Of a stretch of DNA of 52,742 bases, positions 47,762 to 52,742 are shown piece after piece (positions within the stretch are counted from its first letter, which is position 1; every line of letters begins with the position of its first letter). The DNA comes from Candidatus Methylacidiphilales bacterium. GTDB lineage: Bacteria; Verrucomicrobiota; Verrucomicrobiia; Methylacidiphilales; Verrucolacustridaceae. The DNA lies in contig JBILFP010000001.1 in the NCBI GenBank assembly GCA_044351535.1, positions 1 to 52,742 on the forward strand. Reading direction: 5' to 3'. The position numbers and the translations under genes are program-made. The notes below the pieces were generated by a model that searched no databases, was not told the DNA's origin, and worked only from the letters and a program-made list of their open reading frames with translations.

Positions 47762-47819
47762 GCTTTTAAGACGACTTTTCCGGCCCTGCTTAGACTTAAA
47801 CCTAAACTTAAACTTACCA

Positions 47820-48914
47820 TCACCTCCACCACGGTCCGCGGTTGGTCATCCGGCTGAGTGCCGCCTGCTGCACTTGGGAGGAAATTCCCGAGCTTTGCAG
47901 CAATTGCACCGCCTGATTGCTGTTTTTGCGGTAAAGATCCACCAAAGCCCCCGCAATCGCCCGTTCCTGCGTCGCCGGATCCGCCACCATCGCCGCCCAT
48001 TTCAAGCCTGAGGCAGGATCTTCCTGCCCCACCTCCCGCGCCAGCGTTCCGGCCATCATGTCCCGGCTCTCCCCGGGCGGCTGCGAGGAGACATAAGCGG
48101 CCGCGCCGCTCGGGTCGGCATCCGCCCAGTTGGAAATCGCGCTGTAAATGGCACCCCGCTTATCCCGCCCCGCCTCCAAGCCCGCCACCCAATCGGCAGC
48201 TGCTTTTGGATCCCGCTTGGACCATTCGTCCGCCACGGTGCCGACCAATCCACGCCAGTTGTCAGGATTCCGGTTGGCCACCGCGTAGGAAGCCGCAGCC
48301 CCGGGATTCAAATCCGCCCACTGTTGTAACAAATCCCGGCGGATGTCGCCTTGAAGCCCTTCGCTTAGTCCCAAGCTGGCCAACTGGTTCACGGCCGCTT
48401 GGGGGTCCTTCTCCGCCCACCCAGCCAGGGCTTCGCGCAGCAAGCTGGCATTGCCCGTTTCGCTGTAAACCTGCGCCGCGTAGGAAGTGGCCCCGGGACC
48501 GTCCAGCTCCCCCCACCTTTTCAGAATTTTTTCCAAGGCGGCTTTTTTCATCGGTCCTTCCGGCAGGGCGTTGGCCCACTCCAGCGCCTTTTTCACCTCG
48601 GCCAGTGAGGCCCTGGACAGCACATCCTCCAAGGCCCGCTCCCGTTGCCGGGGGCTTCCGGTGGAAGCGGCCGTGACCACATCGCTGGCGGTGACACCTT
48701 GAGGCAATGTCTCCACGGTTTGCCAAGCCGGTTCCTGCTTCTCCGCCTCAGCCGCGGATGATTGAGCCACCCCATCCGGCTTTTTCTCGGTTGCCGCCGG
48801 GGGAGCGGTCACCCTTCCCAGCCCGAATCCTACCAGCAAGGCTAGGCCAGCCGCCGCCAAGGTGGGAGTCATACCGGCCCACAAACTTCCCGCACCCAGA
48901 ATCTTCATCTTCAC
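47820..48914 (-). CDS. Membrane-anchored alpha-helical repeat protein
   Basis: N-terminal TM followed by about 6 W...DP.AA..(W/Y) repeats. Confidence 0.75.
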   Translation of the reverse strand: MKMKILGAGSLWAGMTPTLAAAGLALLVGFGLGRVTAPPAATEKKPDGVAQSSAAEAEKQEPAWQTVETLPQGVTASDVVTAASTGSPRQRERALEDVLSRASLAEVKKALEWANALPEGPMKKAALEKILKRWGELDGPGATSYAAQVYSETGNASLLREALAGWAEKDPQAAVNQLASLGLSEGLQGDIRRDLLQQWADLNPGAAASYAVANRNPDNWRGLVGTVADEWSKRDPKAAADWVAGLEAGRDKRGAIYSAISNWADADPSGAAAYVSSQPPGESRDMMAGTLAREVGQEDPASGLKWAAMVADPATQERAIAGALVDLYRKNSNQAVQLLQSSGISSQVQQAALSRMTNRGPWWR

Positions 48915-48956
48915 AGTTTAAGACCGGCTTCCCTCCTGTCCAACGGGCCTTGGAAC

Positions 48957-51929
48957 TTACGCCGCCACCTTGAAACAGACCTTGCTGCCGCTCGCCCCAC
49001 AGCAGTTTTTAAATTTTTTGCCCGGGTCCAGCGGACACGGATCGTTTCTCCCCAGCTTCGGTCCCTGCCGCTTCATGGGAGCCAGCGCATCTTCCACCGA
49101 GCCAGCCTGACCTCCGCCCATGCTCAGCGAGCCCTCGGTGGGTTGGGCCTGCGCCTGCACCGGCAACTCGCCCCGACCCGTCCGCTGCGGCAACGCCGCC
49201 AGAAAATGTTCGAAGGCCGAAAGGCTGGAGGCCGACCGGAACAGGTTGAGCACCACCTCCCCCTTGATCCTCTCCATCAACTCCTCAAACATCCCGTACG
49301 CCTCCCGCTTGTACTCGATCAACGGATCCTTCTGTCCGTACGCCCGCAGATTGATCGAAGTCCGCAACCCGTCCATCGCATAAAGATGCTCCTGCCACAG
49401 CCGGTCGATCGCCCCCAAAAGGACATATCTTTCCAAGGCCTTCACCGCCTCCGGATTCTCAAACTTCACCTTCAGCTCATAGGCCTCGCGGACCCTTTTC
49501 TTCACCAACTCCTTCCACTGATCCTTGCCCCCCGCGTTCTGCAAATCCTCCTTCTGAAGCCCTAGAGGCATCGCCGTATTCGCCCAGTGCACCAACCCAT
49601 CCAGATCCACCGGATCGGTGCCTGCCTTCGCCTCCACTTCCGTCCCGATTTTTTCATCCACCGTCTCGAACACCTCCTTGCGCGGATCCTCGGTGGTTAG
49701 AATCTCGGTTCGCCAGCTATAGATCACCGTCCGCTGCTGGTTCATCACGTCGTCGTACTGCAAGGTGTGTTTGCGGATCTGGTAATTCCGCTGCTCCACC
49801 CGCTTCTGGGCGGTCTCCACCGACCGGTTGAGCCACGGATGCTGCAACCCCTCGTTGTCCTCCATCCCCAGCTTCGTCATCAACCCCGCGATTCGGCGTG
49901 AGTCGCCGAAGTTCCGCATCAGATCATCCTCGAAGGAGATATAGAACTGGCTCGAGCCCGGATCGCCCTGCCGCGCACAACGGCCACGCAGCTGCCGATC
50001 GATCCGGCGCGACTCGTGCCGCTCGGTTCCCACCACGTGCAGCCCTCCCAGTTCCGGCACCCCGGGTGACAATTTAATGTCCGTGCCCCGCCCCGCCATG
50101 TTCGTCGCAATGGTCACCGCCCCGCGCTCGCCCGCCCGCGCCACGATCTCCGCCTCCTGCTGATGATATTTCGCGTTCAGCACGTTGTGCGGGATGTTCT
50201 CGCGCCGAAGCATCCGGCTGATGACCTCGGAAGACTCCACCGATGCCGTTCCCACCAACATCGGCTGCCCCGCCGCATTCCGCTTTTTGATCTCCTCGAT
50301 TAATGCGTTGAGCTTCTCCCGCCGCGTCTTGAAAATCAGGTCGTCCGCGTCTTTCCGCACGCAGGCCCGGTTCGTCGGGATCACCACCACGCCCAGCCGG
50401 TAGATATCCTTGAACTCGTTGGCCTCCGTCTCCGCGGTGCCCGTCATCCCCGCCAACTTCTCGTACAAGCGGAAATAGTTCTGGATGGTGATCGTCGCCA
50501 AAGTTTGCGTCTCCCGGTCGATCTGCACCCCCTCCTTCGCCTCCACCGCCTGGTGCAGCCCGTCACTCCAGCGCCGGCCGGGCATCAGCCGCCCCGTGTA
50601 CTCGTCCACGATGATGACCTTGTTCTCCTGGACCACGTAGTGAACGTCCTTTTCAAAAACGCAGTACGCCCGCAGCAGCTGGCTGATGTTATGGATCCGC
50701 TGGCTCGCCTCCTCGTAGTTCGCCTGGGCGGCCTGCTTCTGCCTCAGCTTTTCCTCCGCCGAAAAGGCGTGGTTCGCATCAATATCGTGGTTGATCGTAA
50801 TCAGATCCGGAACGAGGAAGAAGTTTGGGTCGGAGGGGTTTAAGGATTTGCGCCCCATCTCGGACAGGTCCGCCTCGCTGTTCCGTTCGTCGATCGTGAA
50901 GTACATCTCCTCCTTGGTCTTGTAGAGCTCGGTCCGCCGGGTGTCCTGGTACATCTCCAATTCCGCGTCGTCGATCGACCGGCGCGTCCCCGGATCCTCC
51001 ATGAATTTCAACAGTAGTTTGTTCCGGGGCGACCCCAGCTTCACCTTGAACAGTAACCGGCCCGCCCCCTGCAGATCCCCCGCTTCCGCCTTCTCCTTGG
51101 CTTGGTTGGCCCAATCGGTGCACAGGCTGTTCTGCTTCCGCACCAGTCCTTCAATCGAGGAGCGATACTTATCGAATTGGTGGGTCGAGACGGTAACCGG
51201 GCCGGAAATAATCAGCGGCGTACGCGCCTCGTCGATCAGGATGCTGTCGACCTCGTCGATGATCGAATAAAAGTGGCCGCGCTGAACCTGATCCTCGGGC
51301 GTGGTCGCCATGCCGTTGTCGCGCAGGTAATCGAAGCCGAATTCCGAGCAGGTCCCGTAGGTGATGTCGCAGGCGTACTGCGCCCGCCGCTCCGCCTGGC
51401 TCTGTCCGTGCTGGATACAACCCACGGTCAGTCCAAGCTCCCGGTACACTTCACCCATCCACTCGGAATCCCGCGCCGCCAGATAGTCGTTCACCGTCAC
51501 CACGTGCACGCCCTTGCCCGTGAGCGCGTTGAGGTAGGTAGGCAGGGTGGCCACCAGGGTTTTTCCTTCGCCCGTAGCCATTTCCGCGATCCGACCGGAG
51601 TGCAGAACCATCCCGCCGATCAGCTGGACATCAAACGGGATCATCTCCCAGGCGATCTCCTGACCCCGTACCCGGATCTTTCTCCTCTCCTCCGTGAAGC
51701 GACGGCAGCAGTTTTTCACCACCGCAAAAGCCTCCGGCAGGATGGAGTCGATACTCTCCCCCTTGGCGATTCTTTCCCGGAACGCTTTGGTTTTGGCTCT
51801 TAGCTCCTCAAAGGAAAGAGGGCGCAGCTGCTCCTCCCGTTGGTTGATCTGCTGGACCAGAGGCATCATCCGGCGGACTTCCCGCTGGTTTTGCGTGCCC
51901 AGAATTTTCTTTAAAACCCAGCCAATCAT
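48957..51929 (-). CDS. secA: Preprotein translocase ATPase SecA
   Basis: EMATGEGKT, IDEVDSILIDEARTPLIISG, ATNMAGRGTDI, QLRGRCARQGDPG, GRNDPC. Confidence 0.97.
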   Translation of the reverse strand: MIGWVLKKILGTQNQREVRRMMPLVQQINQREEQLRPLSFEELRAKTKAFRERIAKGESIDSILPEAFAVVKNCCRRFTEERRKIRVRGQEIAWEMIPFDVQLIGGMVLHSGRIAEMATGEGKTLVATLPTYLNALTGKGVHVVTVNDYLAARDSEWMGEVYRELGLTVGCIQHGQSQAERRAQYACDITYGTCSEFGFDYLRDNGMATTPEDQVQRGHFYSIIDEVDSILIDEARTPLIISGPVTVSTHQFDKYRSSIEGLVRKQNSLCTDWANQAKEKAEAGDLQGAGRLLFKVKLGSPRNKLLLKFMEDPGTRRSIDDAELEMYQDTRRTELYKTKEEMYFTIDERNSEADLSEMGRKSLNPSDPNFFLVPDLITINHDIDANHAFSAEEKLRQKQAAQANYEEASQRIHNISQLLRAYCVFEKDVHYVVQENKVIIVDEYTGRLMPGRRWSDGLHQAVEAKEGVQIDRETQTLATITIQNYFRLYEKLAGMTGTAETEANEFKDIYRLGVVVIPTNRACVRKDADDLIFKTRREKLNALIEEIKKRNAAGQPMLVGTASVESSEVISRMLRRENIPHNVLNAKYHQQEAEIVARAGERGAVTIATNMAGRGTDIKLSPGVPELGGLHVVGTERHESRRIDRQLRGRCARQGDPGSSQFYISFEDDLMRNFGDSRRIAGLMTKLGMEDNEGLQHPWLNRSVETAQKRVEQRNYQIRKHTLQYDDVMNQQRTVIYSWRTEILTTEDPRKEVFETVDEKIGTEVEAKAGTDPVDLDGLVHWANTAMPLGLQKEDLQNAGGKDQWKELVKKRVREAYELKVKFENPEAVKALERYVLLGAIDRLWQEHLYAMDGLRTSINLRAYGQKDPLIEYKREAYGMFEELMERIKGEVVLNLFRSASSLSAFEHFLAALPQRTGRGELPVQAQAQPTEGSLSMGGGQAGSVEDALAPMKRQGPKLGRNDPCPLDPGKKFKNCCGASGSKVCFKVAA

Positions 51930-52059
51930 GAACTTGTCATCCTACCCGAACCCCGCTCCCGCTCCAAGTCCACTCCGCTTCATGCAAACTCCTCATAAAC
52001 GTCCACGTAAACATAAACGACCATCTTTTGCCTTAGGCCTGAAACCACCGGCTTGAACC

Positions 52060-52132
52060 TGGTCCCACCCCGAATCGAACGGGGATCCGCGGTTTAGGAA
52101 ACCGCTGCTCTATCCTTTTGAGCTATGGGACC
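52060..52132 (-). tRNA. tRNA-Arg (anticodon CCT), CCA not encoded
   Basis: GGTCCCA-TAGCTC...GAGC-A-GCGGT-TT-CCT-AA-ACCGC-...CCCCG-TTCGATT-CGGGG-TGGGACC-A cloverleaf. Confidence 0.93.
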
Positions 52133-52194
52133 CGTTGGAAACGTTACGGGATCCAGAAGATCGACGCGAGCCGTCCCCACCGCCAACATCTTCC

Positions 52195-52742
52195 ATGCTT
52201 AACACCTTGGCCATCTGCGCCTCCCTGGGCTTTGGGATCTTCGTCAGTCCCGAGATTTTGATCATCGGACTGCTTTTGGCCTCCGACCGCAGCCACCCCC
52301 AGGCCAATACCCTGGGCTATTTCCTCGGCTCGGCCGTGGGCATCGCCCTGCTGCTGTGTGCCGGTTATTTCCTTACCCACTCCACCACTCCCACCCACCC
52401 GTCCGGCTTTGCCTGGTGGCTACGGGTGATTTTTGGAGGAGGACTCGTCCTTCTGGGGATCCACACCCTTTGGAAACAGCTGTACGGGAAAAAGGGGAAA
52501 CCCAAGCCAGGCCACAAGGAAGCCGGGCTGGGCGCGAAATTGATGAAGTTTTTGCCCGTCAGCGAAGAATCTCGCCCCGGCGGTCCGCTTCCCTCTTTGG
52601 CTATTTGCACGGGCCTGAGCTTCCTCCTCACGGTCGTCCACGTGAAAACCATCGGGCTAGCTACCTCCGCCGGACACGCCCTCCATGCCGCCCCCAATCA
52701 AGCCGCCCTGGCGACGGCTTTGGCCGGATTTCTGGGGCTGGC
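52195..52742 (+). CDS. GAP/Sap-like membrane protein, 3'-truncated
   Basis: Not in the ORF track. MLNTLAICASLGFGIFVSPEILIIGLLLASDRSHPQANTLGYFLG, with several TM segments. Confidence 0.55.
   Translation, partial: MLNTLAICASLGFGIFVSPEILIIGLLLASDRSHPQANTLGYFLGSAVGIALLLCAGYFLTHSTTPTHPSGFAWWLRVIFGGGLVLLGIHTLWKQLYGKKGKPKPGHKEAGLGAKLMKFLPVSEESRPGGPLPSLAICTGLSFLLTVVHVKTIGLATSAGHALHAAPNQAALATALAGFLGL

Noticed and set aside
52060-52132. tRNA-Arg as the attachment site of a genomic island
   Set aside because: No integrase nearby, no duplicated tRNA 3' end noticed, and the neighbour is secA

Overview
GC-rich bacterial chromosome segment, most likely PVC/Verrucomicrobiota-like (inferred from an H-X9-DG prepilin-like protein, an exosortase and WxxxDPxAA repeat proteins). 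About 41 kb (1-41.1 kb, almost all minus strand) is a large surface-polysaccharide locus headed by a GbsR/MarR-type regulator and a NusG/RfaH paralogue. It carries rfbA, ugd, an epimerase, Wzm/Wzt, about 13 glycosyltransferases, 4 FkbM methyltransferases, a DegT aminotransferase, ATP-grasp, Gfo/Idh, GMC and aldo-keto oxidoreductases, an acetyltransferase and an oppositely oriented exosortase. The right end holds housekeeping genes (asd, secA, tRNA-Arg), a cobalamin riboswitch operon and small genes. The most unusual signal is a dense layer of DNA on top of the genes. (i) About 30-bp blocks of 4-6 tandem 6-, 7- or 8-mers, of several sequence families, recur as near-identical dispersed copies. 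They pile up in mosaic intergenic arrays and sit IN FRAME inside at least 8 proteins, so unrelated enzymes share peptides such as RLRLRLRLRN, KAESGxRKAEK and DIGYxISDI. (ii) Two GTAG-REPIN families show covarying stems. (iii) Three unrelated toxin-antitoxin pairs lie between these repeats, all behind the same leaderless promoter TTGACGG-N12-GGATAAA(G/T)TA-N4-TATG. No transposase, integrase or Cas gene is present in the window. All protein calls come from motif recognition by eye, not database searches.
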